A DNA stretch of 64,000 bases from Thermoanaerobaculia bacterium (GCA_035276475.1 DATELQ010000048.1:87-64086); one strand, 5' to 3'. Positions 9,892 to 19,082 are shown, counted from the first letter of the stretch. Notes: generated by a model from the sequence alone, not told the origin. A program made the numbers and translations.

Positions 9892-12631
9892 GCCCGTCGT
9901 CGTAGCGCCTAAGCAGCGCGTCCACAATGCCGCGGTCGACCGGCGTCAATCCATTGCCGTCGCGCAGCGAGCGTAAGCCGCGCGCGACGTCAGCCGCCAC
10001 GGTCAGCCGCGGCGCGAGCGCGTCGGCGACGTTGCGGCGCAGCGCGGCGGCGTCGGCGGCGGAGAGGCGCTTCGCTGCGGCGAGCGTCGTGTCGCCGAGG
10101 GTGGCGGTGGGGATGCCGACGGCGCGGCAGAGGAGGACTTGCTCGTAGGCGGCGCGCACGGCACCGGTCACGGCGAGATCGGTCGGCAGCAAGTCGGGGA
10201 ACGCCTCGGCGGCGCGATTCGCGGCGGCGTCGTAGTGCGTGCGCATGTAGTCGATCTGGCCGATCACGTACGCGGGATAGTGCAGCGTGCGCGTCATCAC
10301 GTGCACGCGCAGCGGGTCGGGCGACCCCTTCACCTGCGCCTCGGCGAAGCGCTCGCGGAGCTGGCGCAGCCAGCGCACGTCGCTCTCGTCCGTCCACAGC
10401 GTCGCATCGCGCTGCATCGCCTTCTGCGCGTCGGCGTCGTCGTCGCGCAGCTCGATGAGCGGCGCGGCGAGGTCGGCAAGGCGTTTGAGCCGGCGGGCGA
10501 GACTCGCGGGCGCGGCGACGCTCGTCGCCGCCGCGGCCACCGTCATCGCGCGGAACGGTGCGAACGCCGACGCCGCGTACGCCGCGACGCGCGCGCGCAG
10601 CTCGTCGAGCGTCATGTGGCGCGACGCCGCGCGGCCGATCGGAAAGTCCCGCACGAACGGCTTGCGGTCCTCCGCCGTCCTCTCGTACCAGGCATCGACT
10701 TCCGTCTCGTCGACGAGCGCGATCGTCAGTCCGCCGTCGACGAGCGGCATCGTCGCCGTCGCCGCGGCGAGCTGTTCGAGCTCCTCGCGGCGCGCGCGCA
10801 GCGCAGCCTCCGCTTCCTTCGCCGACTCGTGTAGGCGGCGGAACACGGCCAGCGTGGCGCGGCGGTGGGCGACGTCGTGCTCGAACTGCAGCTCGTCGTT
10901 GTACGCGGCGTTCTTCGCCTTGTCGGTCGCGTCGATCGATCCGAGAAGGCGGGCCAGCGTCTCGCGCGCGTTGCGCACCAGCGGCGCGATCGCCGTTGCG
11001 TACTTGAACGCAGCGTGCGCGCCGAAGGCGATGAGAAAGATCGTCAGCGGCCAGCGCACTTCGATCTCGAACGCGACCTTCAGCGCGACGATCGCCGCCA
11101 CGCCGCCGGCGGCAACGCCTAAGCGGCGCCACAGCCAGGCGCGGCGCGTCTCGAGCGCCTCGCGCAGGGCCTGCTCTGCGCGCGGCTTCTGCGCGAAGAG
11201 CTCGCGGAGATGCTGCTCCTTCGCCTCGCTCTCGCCGGCGAGCCGCGCCGCCTCGGCCTCGCGCGCGGCGTTGCGCGCCGCGTTGTTCTCCGCCTCCTCG
11301 GCGAAGACGATGTCGGGGAGCTGCTGCAGCAGCGCCGCGCGCTCGCGCTCGAGCTCCGCGAGCTGCTCCGCCGCTCCTTCGGCAGCGACCGTCTCGGCGA
11401 CGAGCTTCTGATCGACGAGCATCGTCGAGAGCTCGCGCACGCGCTTCCGCGCAGCGGCGCTGGCGGCGGTGTTCGGCGTGAAGCGGACGCGCGCGTCGAG
11501 AGCCGCCGTAGCCGCGCGGATCTCCGTCACTACGTTGCGCGGCGCGGCGTCGGCGTCGTCGCGCACGTCGGGCAGCGGATCGACGAGCGCTTCGGCGAGC
11601 GCGATCGCCGGCGCGTAGCCGTCGCAGTCGAGCGCCTCGTCGATCGTGCGCGAGAGCAGCGCCGTCGTCGCCGCCGTTGCCGCGTCGCGCTGTTCGTCAA
11701 GCGTGCGGAGGTTCTTCAGATGCACCGAGTCGCGGTGCTGCTGCAGCTCGGCGCGCGCGCCGGCGATCAGCTCCTCCGCGCTGCGGGTCTTCTCTCCGAC
11801 AATCGTCTTCGGCTGAAAGCGGCGGAAGAGCGACTCGCCGCCGATGCGCGACAGCGGCAGCGCGAGCTCCTCGCCGACGATGAACTGTTTCGCCAGTAGA
11901 GGCGCGCGGCGTGCGCCCTCCGCGCCTCCGCACAACCTCCCAAACAACTCGGCGGCGAAGCGCGTCTCCAGCCGCTGCAGCGCGGCGTCACGTGGAAAGA
12001 TGAGCTCCGCGCAGCCGAACGAGCTGAACGCCGGCGACATCCCCCGCGGGTGCACGCCGGGCAGCGCGCCGCTCATCTCCGGCTCGAACGTCAGCATCCC
12101 GGCGACCGCGTCGGCGTAGGCGTCGAGCGCCGTGGCGAGCGTGCCGAACTTCACGCGCGCGCTGTTCGTCGCGTCGAGGAGCCACGCTTCGTCGAACGGC
12201 TTCGGATCCGCGCCGCTCAGTGCCTTCAGCACTCCGTAAGCCGCGGCGTAGTCGGCGTCCGTCGTCGCGCCGGCCACTTCCGGCAGCACGCAGAGCACCT
12301 CGATCGAAAAGTACGACGCCAGGCGGCGCATCTCGTAAATCGTGCGGATCTCGGCGAGCGTCCCGAGGAGCGCCGCGCGCGCGTCGCCGGCGGCGGAGAC
12401 GACCACGAGCACGAGCTCGCGCGCGCTGATGTCGTCGCGCGAGCGGAGCGCGCTGTCGGGGCGCTGGCGCTGCACGTGAATCGAGTGGATCGCTTCGGCC
12501 AGCACCGCGGCGCGGCGCCACTGCACCAGATCATCGAGACCATACGCCGCCGCCACGCGCCGCTGCACCGCCTCCGCCAGCGCAGCGGCGTCGTCGTCGA
12601 GCGCGAGAATCGTCACCGGCTTGAGCATCAC
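9884..12631 (-). CDS. Degenerate tubulin-like paralogue with central TM hairpin and Ala-rich coiled regions
   Basis: Start (GTG 12631 or ATG 12628) overlaps the upstream stop. The N-terminal ~230 aa align block by block with the upstream tubulin-like protein, but the GTP-binding motifs are replaced (ALDDDAAAL, SAAGDARA). TM hairpin GVAAGGVAAIVALKV...WPLTIFLIAFGAHAAF. Confidence 0.75.
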   Translation of the reverse strand: MMLKPVTILALDDDAAALAEAVQRRVAAAYGLDDLVQWRRAAVLAEAIHSIHVQRQRPDSALRSRDDISARELVLVVVSAAGDARAALLGTLAEIRTIYEMRRLASYFSIEVLCVLPEVAGATTDADYAAAYGVLKALSGADPKPFDEAWLLDATNSARVKFGTLATALDAYADAVAGMLTFEPEMSGALPGVHPRGMSPAFSSFGCAELIFPRDAALQRLETRFAAELFGRLCGGAEGARRAPLLAKQFIVGEELALPLSRIGGESLFRRFQPKTIVGEKTRSAEELIAGARAELQQHRDSVHLKNLRTLDEQRDAATAATTALLSRTIDEALDCDGYAPAIALAEALVDPLPDVRDDADAAPRNVVTEIRAATAALDARVRFTPNTAASAAARKRVRELSTMLVDQKLVAETVAAEGAAEQLAELERERAALLQQLPDIVFAEEAENNAARNAAREAEAARLAGESEAKEQHLRELFAQKPRAEQALREALETRRAWLWRRLGVAAGGVAAIVALKVAFEIEVRWPLTIFLIAFGAHAAFKYATAIAPLVRNARETLARLLGSIDATDKAKNAAYNDELQFEHDVAHRRATLAVFRRLHESAKEAEAALRARREELEQLAAATATMPLVDGGLTIALVDETEVDAWYERTAEDRKPFVRDFPIGRAASRHMTLDELRARVAAYAASAFAPFRAMTVAAAATSVAAPASLARRLKRLADLAAPLIELRDDDADAQKAMQRDATLWTDESDVRWLRQLRERFAEAQVKGSPDPLRVHVMTRTLHYPAYVIGQIDYMRTHYDAAANRAAEAFPDLLPTDLAVTGAVRAAYEQVLLCRAVGIPTATLGDTTLAAAKRLSAADAAALRRNVADALAPRLTVAADVARGLRSLRDGNGLTPVDRGIVDALLRRYDDGLI

Positions 12632-15375
12632 GACAGCGTCTCCATCCGCCGCACGTAGTCCTCGATGGCCACGACTTCGAGCTCCACCTGATCCTTCACC
12701 GCCGCGTCGGCCACGCCGGCCATCTGCTTCGACAGCGAGAGCGTGTACTCCTTCAGGATCGCCGCCGCGCGCGCCGCCCCTTCGCGCGTGACGATCGTGT
12801 CGATGGCCTCCTCCGCCTCAGCCACCAGCTCGCGGTTCTTCTCGAACGCCGCGTAGGCCGGCACGCGGCCCTGGCCGAGGCGGATCAAGCCGTTGTCGAC
12901 GCGCCGGCCGCTCTTCGACTTCATCGAGTACCACGCGCCGTCGCGCTTGATGATCGCGAACGGCTCGGGCGCCTGCGCCAGCGCGAACCAGCGCAGCGCT
13001 TCGCCGTCGCCGCTGCGCGGGATCAGATTCGGGATGTCCTGCCAGCGCTTGTCGACGTGATTCGAGATCACCTTGTTCGGATCGAGATAGGCGCGCTCCA
13101 TGTCGTCGATGTCCGCGAGTGCAAAGAGCGGGATGCCGGTCTTCACCTTGAACAGCAGCACGCGGTGGGCGTCGTGCGTCGACACCATCGACGGCCGCGT
13201 CGCCCCTTTCGGCACGCCCGTTTCGTACTTCGACTCCTTGAGGATCGTCGTGTCGGCGTCGGCGACGCCGTAGTGGTAGAACTCGTTGATCACCGACTGA
13301 TTGACGACCGGGATCTTGCCGGCGTCGTAGCGCCAGAGCGGTACGGCCAGGTTGTCGACGCGCTTGAGCTCCTGCGCCACGGCCTCGGCGGAGAGGCGCC
13401 CCAGGATGTCGTCCATCGTCAGCGACGTGAGCGGCGCGTAGCACGCCTGCACGAACTGGCGGACGTCCGCGTACACCTCGTCGGCGCGCAGCGTGGCCCA
13501 CTGCGCGAGCGAGCCGTTGTGGTGGTCGGCGTACCACTTCACGAAGTCCTCGCCCGTGACCTGCGGCCGCTGCGCGCCGGGATCGAACGACACCGTCTGC
13601 TCAAAGAGGCGCGACGCGCCGCGCGGATTCGTGGCGTCGAGGTACTGCTGCTCGAACTGCTTGCGCGCGGCGTTGAGGTTCTCGCGGATGCGGTAGCACG
13701 ACTGCAGGATCGACTGCGTGTGCGCGTGGAGGACGGAGTAGAGCTCCGCGGCCTTCTCCATCCGCGCGACCTTGATCGTCAGCTCCGTCTCGCGGTCGGC
13801 GAGGCCGCCGTAGACCTCGCACGCCGTCTTGATGCGCGACTCGCGCTTGAGGAACGCGCCGACGGCCTCGCCGATCTGGTCCTCGGCCGGCTTGTAGCTG
13901 AGCGCCTTGAGCTTCGCGCGCTCCTCCTTCGCCTCGCCGTCCATCATGTTCTGGTACCACTCCAGCTTCGCCTGCAGCTTCTCGAAGAAGCGCTCCGCGC
14001 GCGTGAAGCCGTTGTTGCGGTTCACGGCGGTCTCCCACCACGCGTTAATGGCGGCGACGGAGTTGTCGCGCAGGGCCTCGAAGTTCTTCGCAATCGCCTG
14101 CGCGATCTGCCGCTCCGCGCGCGAGCGGTGCGACGTGTGCAGGTTCTTGATCTCCGTGAGCGCCTTGTTGTCGAACTTGAGCTGGGCGAGCGACATCGGG
14201 AAGCGGAGCTGACCGCCGCCTTCGCGCTGGCTCAGAGACTCGATGACCTGATCGGCGTTGTCTTCGCGGAGGCGGTTGCCGTCGATGAAGCGCTGCACCT
14301 CCACCTCGACCTCGGCGTCGACGACAGCGCCGTTGAGCAGGTCGTCGTTGACGAGCCGCTTCGCGTCCTCCCACATCAGCGGCTCGAAGCTCGGCATCAC
14401 CAGCGAGGCCACGCCGAAGCTGCAGTACTGCGGCGAGCGGCCCTTCACGCGGCCGGCCGTGGCGATCTGGGTCTTGATGTTGTCGACCGCGTTCGCGCTG
14501 TCGGCGCCGATCTGCGAGCCGATCTGCACGTACATGCCGTCGGCGATGAGGCCGTAGAGGTCCTGCTGCTCGCTGACGACGCGGCCCTGTTCGTTGATGT
14601 TGTCGATGAGGTAGACGAGGTCGAACGGCGGCCGCGCCACCTCGACGCGGCGCACGCCGTAGTCGATGGTGAAGCTGCCCTTCATCGTCGAGAGGTATTC
14701 GATCTCCTTCAGTGCGCCGTACGCGTTCGGCTTCACCAGCGCGACGCCGGCGTAGCGCGTGAAGATGCCGGGGAGGAGGAGCACGCCGGTGAAGTTCGAC
14801 TGCTCGTCGCTGCCGATGATGTCGCGGGCCATGAAGGCGATGTCGAGGAACGTGCCGCTGCCGGTGCCGCCGGCGACGCTGCCGACGATGTGCACCTCCA
14901 CGCCGGCGCGCGTGGAGACCTGGAACTGATCGGCGTACATCTGCTTTTGGTTGCGGATGTTGCGCACGTCGTCGACGGCGCGGCGGATGCGGCCGTAGAC
15001 GTCGTTCGCGCGCGCGAAGAGCGCCAGGCGGCCGCGCGCCCGCACCTGTCCGGCGCCGGCGATGATCGACTGCGTCGGGATCTGCGGCGGCCACCACTCG
15101 TCGATGTGCGGATTGCCACCGTTCACGAGGGCGGCAGGATGGCCGACCTGCAGGACGAAGGTCTCGTTGTGATCGAGCTTGCCATCGACGGCCGCGGTCT
15201 CCGTGGCCGCGCCCCCCTCGGCGTTCTCGGTCGTGTCGATGGAGAGGAAGCTGATGATCGGCGGCACGAAGCCGTAGGCGTCGATGAAGCGCTTCTTGAG
15301 CTTGAGCAGCGCGCCGTAGCCGGTGCCGCCGAGGCCGATGACGACGGTGGGACGAAAAACGACGTTGTTTTTCAC
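12628..15375 (-). CDS. Tubulin/FtsZ-superfamily GTPase (Tubulin_2-like), large C-terminal helical region
   Basis: GTG 15375 overlaps the vWA gene stop (GTGA). Motif IGLGGTGYG (nt 15313..15336) and an exact tubulin signature AGGTGSG (nt 14854..14874). The longer ORF to 15777 overlaps the vWA gene and was rejected. Confidence 0.85.
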   Translation of the reverse strand: MKNNVVFRPTVVIGLGGTGYGALLKLKKRFIDAYGFVPPIISFLSIDTTENAEGGAATETAAVDGKLDHNETFVLQVGHPAALVNGGNPHIDEWWPPQIPTQSIIAGAGQVRARGRLALFARANDVYGRIRRAVDDVRNIRNQKQMYADQFQVSTRAGVEVHIVGSVAGGTGSGTFLDIAFMARDIIGSDEQSNFTGVLLLPGIFTRYAGVALVKPNAYGALKEIEYLSTMKGSFTIDYGVRRVEVARPPFDLVYLIDNINEQGRVVSEQQDLYGLIADGMYVQIGSQIGADSANAVDNIKTQIATAGRVKGRSPQYCSFGVASLVMPSFEPLMWEDAKRLVNDDLLNGAVVDAEVEVEVQRFIDGNRLREDNADQVIESLSQREGGGQLRFPMSLAQLKFDNKALTEIKNLHTSHRSRAERQIAQAIAKNFEALRDNSVAAINAWWETAVNRNNGFTRAERFFEKLQAKLEWYQNMMDGEAKEERAKLKALSYKPAEDQIGEAVGAFLKRESRIKTACEVYGGLADRETELTIKVARMEKAAELYSVLHAHTQSILQSCYRIRENLNAARKQFEQQYLDATNPRGASRLFEQTVSFDPGAQRPQVTGEDFVKWYADHHNGSLAQWATLRADEVYADVRQFVQACYAPLTSLTMDDILGRLSAEAVAQELKRVDNLAVPLWRYDAGKIPVVNQSVINEFYHYGVADADTTILKESKYETGVPKGATRPSMVSTHDAHRVLLFKVKTGIPLFALADIDDMERAYLDPNKVISNHVDKRWQDIPNLIPRSGDGEALRWFALAQAPEPFAIIKRDGAWYSMKSKSGRRVDNGLIRLGQGRVPAYAAFEKNRELVAEAEEAIDTIVTREGAARAAAILKEYTLSLSKQMAGVADAAVKDQVELEVVAIEDYVRRMETLS

Positions 15376-16490
15376 AGCTCCTCCTCGACAGGTGTCGCGG
15401 TCCGCTCGTGACCGACTCGGTTGAAGCGCAGCTTGGCGTCGCCGATCGAGATGGTGTCGGCGTCGTAGAGCGCGCTGGTGGGCGTTTCGATGTCGTTGAC
15501 GCGCAGAGAGCCGCCGCTCGCCGCGATCCACACTTCTTTGCTGCCGTTGCGCCGCTGGACGAAAAGGCGCGCGTCGCTGCCCGCGAGTGCCTCGGGCGGA
15601 ACAACGGCGCTCAGCGCGATCTCGGTCGCGGCGAGACGCGGCAAGCCGACGAACGCCGCCTCCGGCGCGACGTGCGGCTGCAGGATCTCGAGCTCGCCTT
15701 CGAGCTGATGATTCTTGCGGTGGCGCGACCACGCCAGCCAGGCGATGGCGGCAACGATCGGCAGCAGCACGAGCCAACGCAGCGGCGATGATTTGGGGAT
15801 GGGCGCCGCCGGCGGGATGGCGATGGGCGGCGGCTCGGGCTTCGGCTCGGGCAGGGAGTTGCGGATTCGCTGCGCGACCTCGGCGATCGCCTCGCGCGTC
15901 GGCGCGCGAAGTACGGTGGCGTGCTCGGCGCGGCGCGCGAATTCGTCGAGCTGCGTCTCGTGCTCGTGCTGGCCCATCGAGACGAAGAAGACGTACGTGC
16001 CGTCGACGCGGTCGAGGTTCGCCAAGATCGGCACCGGGTGCGCGATGCCGCGCACGTCCTCCTTGCCGTCGGTGAAGAGGACGACCGACTGCACGCGCGT
16101 CTTGTCGCCGCCGGCGCGCGCCGCGGCCGCGCGATCGAGTCCCTTCTGAATGGCCAGGCCGAGGTGCGTGCGGTTGCCGTTAGCCTCGAGCGCGTCGACG
16201 ATGCTGATCAGATCGTCGCGCGCTTTGCCGCGGATCTCCGTCGACGTGTGCAGGTGCGCCTCGGAGTCGAAGGTGTAGACCGCGGCCGTGTCGCCGTCGC
16301 TGGCCTCGCGCACGAATGTGGCGATGCTCTCCTTGACGTCGGGAAAGATGTTCTTGCCGCCGACGCCGCGCATCGACTTCGACGTGTCGACGAGGAAGAT
16401 CCAGTCGACCGCGCCGCGCGGCTGCGCGCGGGCGGAGACAACAATTGGAAAGAGGAGGAGTACGGCCGCTGGCACGATTCGGCGTCTCAT
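15372..16490 (-). CDS. vWA domain - TM - FHA-like domain protein
   Basis: Signal peptide (MRRRIVPAAVLLLFPIVVSARA). MIDAS motif in IFLVDTSKSM. Pro-rich linker, TM (WLVLLPIVAAIAWLAW), and a C-terminal ~100 aa beta-rich FHA-like region. The FHA assignment is the least certain part. Confidence 0.8.
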   Translation of the reverse strand: MRRRIVPAAVLLLFPIVVSARAQPRGAVDWIFLVDTSKSMRGVGGKNIFPDVKESIATFVREASDGDTAAVYTFDSEAHLHTSTEIRGKARDDLISIVDALEANGNRTHLGLAIQKGLDRAAAARAGGDKTRVQSVVLFTDGKEDVRGIAHPVPILANLDRVDGTYVFFVSMGQHEHETQLDEFARRAEHATVLRAPTREAIAEVAQRIRNSLPEPKPEPPPIAIPPAAPIPKSSPLRWLVLLPIVAAIAWLAWSRHRKNHQLEGELEILQPHVAPEAAFVGLPRLAATEIALSAVVPPEALAGSDARLFVQRRNGSKEVWIAASGGSLRVNDIETPTSALYDADTISIGDAKLRFNRVGHERTATPVEEEL

Positions 16491-16517
16491 GAACGACGGA
16501 AGACACCAGTTGGCGAC

Positions 16518-16540
16518 ATTTGTGGCGCGTCGCCACAAAT
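16518..16540. promoter_or_regulatory. Perfect 10-3-10 inverted repeat in a divergent promoter region
   Basis: ATTTGTGGCG cgt CGCCACAAAT. Lies between the vWA operon start (16490, minus) and the caspase gene start (16568, plus). Confidence 0.35.
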
Positions 16541-16567
16541 TTTCTCGGACGGTGTCATTCTCATGAC

Positions 16568-18199
16568 GTGAAGCGCTGGGTCCTCGCAGGCGTGCTTCTC
16601 TGTATCGCAACCACGACGGTCGTCGTGCCGTTCGCCTGGCGCGGCGTGCGCGGTGTGCACGTGCTGGCCGAGGAGGGGGCGAGCACGCAGTTCGATCCGC
16701 GGCAGTCGGCGGCGCTCTTTGTCGGCGTGAGCGACTTCGACGCCGCGGCGGAGGTGCCGTTCGCGGTCGACGACGCGGTCGATCTCGCGCATGCGTTCAC
16801 GCTCGTGCGGCGCTGCGGCCTCGTGCCGCCGGGCCGCGTCATCCTCATCCTGTCGAAGCGCTCTCCGGCGAAGAAGGAGTCGGGCGCGCGACTGCGCGAG
16901 TTGCGCGAGGCCGGCGTCGACATCCGTTACCAGGCCGACGTCGAGCACGTCCGCGCGGCGTTGCGCGAGCAGGCGGCGCGCGCCGGCCGCGACGGCGTGC
17001 TGATCGTCGCGCTGGCCGCGCACGGTCTTCTGCACGAGGGCAATGGCTACATCCTCGGCGCGTCGTCCTCGGTCCGCAATCTCTCGTCGATGCTGCCGAC
17101 GACAGAGTTGCTCGAGACGATCGCGTCGTCGAACGCACAACGCTCGCTCGTCTTCATCGACGCCTGCCGCGAGCGGATGACGACCGGCACGCGCTCGGTG
17201 CTGGCGAGCGCGATGAGCGCCGCGCCGCTGATGCATCGCATCGCCCACACGCGCGGGCAGGCGGTGTTCTACGCCGCCGCGCCGGGCAAGTGGGCGTACG
17301 ACGATCCCGAGGGGCGCAACGGCGTGTTCACGGAGGCGGTGATCGCCGGGATCAGTTGCGACGCCGCGAAATCACGCGGCGTGGTGACCGCGGAGACGCT
17401 CGCCGGCTTCGTCGAGCGCTACGTGCAAACGTGGATCCGCAAGAACCGCGATCCGGAGGTCGGCTCGGCCACGCAGTGGACGATGGACGGCGAGGTGCGG
17501 AACATGCCGCTGGCGCAGTGCGACGGCCCTCCTGTCGGCGGGCCCGATCGCGCGTCGTGGGAAGGGCCGATCTTATGTGCGTTCGAAAAGAACGAGCTGC
17601 TCTGGCAGCACGATGTCGGCAGCGCGATCGCGCACGCTGAAGTGGTGGACCTCGATGCCGACGGCTGGCGCGAAGTGGTTTGCGCGACGCGCCACGGCAT
17701 CACCGCGCTCGACGATCGGGGCAAGCCGCTCTGGTCCGCGCGCGAGTCGATGACGCTGACGAGCTGCCTAGTCGACGAATTCGTCTACCAGCAACGTACG
17801 AAGCACGTGGTCGCGCTGTGGAACGGCGAGCACGCCTCGCGCCTCGCCGCCTACCGCCCCGACGGCAAGCTCCTCGGCGCCTTCGACGACGACCACCGCA
17901 TCGACCGCGTGGTCTTGGCCCGCCCCACCGCCCGCCACGGCCCGAAGCTCGTCGTCACCGCCGGCAAGACGCTGATGCTCTTCGATTCGCGGCACCTCGC
18001 CGCCGGCGAGCCGCTCTGGCGCGGCCGCGTCGTGACGCGCAGCGCCATCGAGTCGCTGCAGATCGCCGACGGCAACGGCGACGGCAGGAGCGACATCGCC
18101 GTGACGACGGAGAGCGGCGCGACGGTGTACGTCGACTTCAACGGGCACGCCGTCCGCTCGACGCCGGGCGCGCGCTTCGAGCGGCTGCCGAGGCGGTGA
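16568..18199 (+). CDS. Membrane-anchored caspase-like (C14) protein with FG-GAP/beta-propeller-like C-terminal repeats
   Basis: GTG 16568 gives an N-terminal TM (VKRWVLAGVLLCIATTTVVVPFAW). His/Cys contexts IVALAAHGLL and LVFIDACRE. Repeats DLDADGWREVV and ADGNGDGRSDIAV. The track ORF begins at TTG 16520, inside the inverted repeat. Confidence 0.75.
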   Translation: MKRWVLAGVLLCIATTTVVVPFAWRGVRGVHVLAEEGASTQFDPRQSAALFVGVSDFDAAAEVPFAVDDAVDLAHAFTLVRRCGLVPPGRVILILSKRSPAKKESGARLRELREAGVDIRYQADVEHVRAALREQAARAGRDGVLIVALAAHGLLHEGNGYILGASSSVRNLSSMLPTTELLETIASSNAQRSLVFIDACRERMTTGTRSVLASAMSAAPLMHRIAHTRGQAVFYAAAPGKWAYDDPEGRNGVFTEAVIAGISCDAAKSRGVVTAETLAGFVERYVQTWIRKNRDPEVGSATQWTMDGEVRNMPLAQCDGPPVGGPDRASWEGPILCAFEKNELLWQHDVGSAIAHAEVVDLDADGWREVVCATRHGITALDDRGKPLWSARESMTLTSCLVDEFVYQQRTKHVVALWNGEHASRLAAYRPDGKLLGAFDDDHRIDRVVLARPTARHGPKLVVTAGKTLMLFDSRHLAAGEPLWRGRVVTRSAIESLQIADGNGDGRSDIAVTTESGATVYVDFNGHAVRSTPGARFERLPRR

Positions 18200-18220
18200 T
18201 CGATGCGGGCTGCATCGATC
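18198..18220. terminator. Hairpin between convergent genes
   Basis: GATCGATGC gggct GCATCGATC (9-bp stem), starting at the stop codon of the caspase-like gene. No T-tract. Confidence 0.3.
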
Positions 18221-18245
18221 TCGAGCGCGCTCCGCGTCGAGCTCT

Positions 18246-19025
18246 TCAAGCATGCTGCGGTCGTTGGAAGAAATCGACGAGCTTTCCGTACCACTCCAAA
18301 TGCGGATGAAGGTGGTCCGAGATACCCGGCACCTCGAATTTCACCGGAATCGGGTGATTGAGGTTCCATCCGACCAACCCGGCGTGATCGGTGTGCCACG
18401 TTCCAAGTGGTCTACCGAAAGCCGTCGCAGAGTGAACGGTCACTACGCCGTCGCTCGGAGCCTCGACTCCGAACCTCTCCGCGATCTCATTGAATAGGAT
18501 GGAGTCGTCCGCCTTGTCCCCGGCGATGCAATACGTTGGAACTGTGATTCCGGCCTCGCGAATCAGACTCGTCGCCTCATCAGTCAAACGCGACGCTTCA
18601 CTCTCAGTCAGATCGTGCAACGCCTTCTGATGGATCTTGATCCCGACCGCGATCGGCACCATGCCATCTTCGGATTCGCCGTGTTCCAATCGATTGGCGA
18701 CCACCGATCCAAGATATGGCGTCCCGATAGTAACGAGTGCCGCGACGCGCCCTGCGATGCCGGAAAGATTCTTCGCGATCGCGTACCGCGCATCAAGGCC
18801 GCCCATGCTGTGCGCGAAGATGTGCACCTTCTCATCTCTTGCTTCCGCGGCAATCCTGCCGGCAAGCTCCTCCGCGCGATCGGAGACCTTGCCGATCGCA
18901 TCGACCTCCGTCGCGGTCACGGTCACGTGGCGCGTGTGCTCGAGATGCTTCTTCACGCCGTTGAAGTACTCGAACCCGGCGATGCGGTCGAAGCCAAGCA
19001 CGCCGTGGGCAAGGATGATGTGCAT
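18246..19025 (-). CDS. Alpha/beta-hydrolase, lipase/esterase-like
   Basis: Nucleophile elbow FAHSMGG. N-terminal HG oxyanion context (MHIILAHGVLGF). Size and layout resemble small bacterial lipases. Confidence 0.75.
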   Translation of the reverse strand: MHIILAHGVLGFDRIAGFEYFNGVKKHLEHTRHVTVTATEVDAIGKVSDRAEELAGRIAAEARDEKVHIFAHSMGGLDARYAIAKNLSGIAGRVAALVTIGTPYLGSVVANRLEHGESEDGMVPIAVGIKIHQKALHDLTESEASRLTDEATSLIREAGITVPTYCIAGDKADDSILFNEIAERFGVEAPSDGVVTVHSATAFGRPLGTWHTDHAGLVGWNLNHPIPVKFEVPGISDHLHPHLEWYGKLVDFFQRPQHA

Positions 19026-19082
19026 GGACGGCAGTATAGGCTTGGTTCCCGGCCTCGGATTGGGCTGGTGAGCGACTTAATT

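Noticed and set aside
13057-15411. 784-aa plus-strand ORF, and similar long antisense ORFs (e.g. 19752..20870 minus, 22031..23170 minus, 23309..25288 minus, 24064..26250 plus, 50920..54072 minus, 34102..35451 minus, 35360..36730 minus)
   Set aside because: They lie antisense to, or out of frame with, genes that have clear family signatures. Their translations are Arg/Ala/Gly/Asp-rich low-complexity strings typical of high-GC shadow frames.
15376-15777. Upstream extension of the tubulin-like ORF
   Set aside because: It overlaps the vWA-FHA gene in another frame. GTG 15375 forms a GTGA coupling junction and sits immediately before the GLGGTGYG motif.
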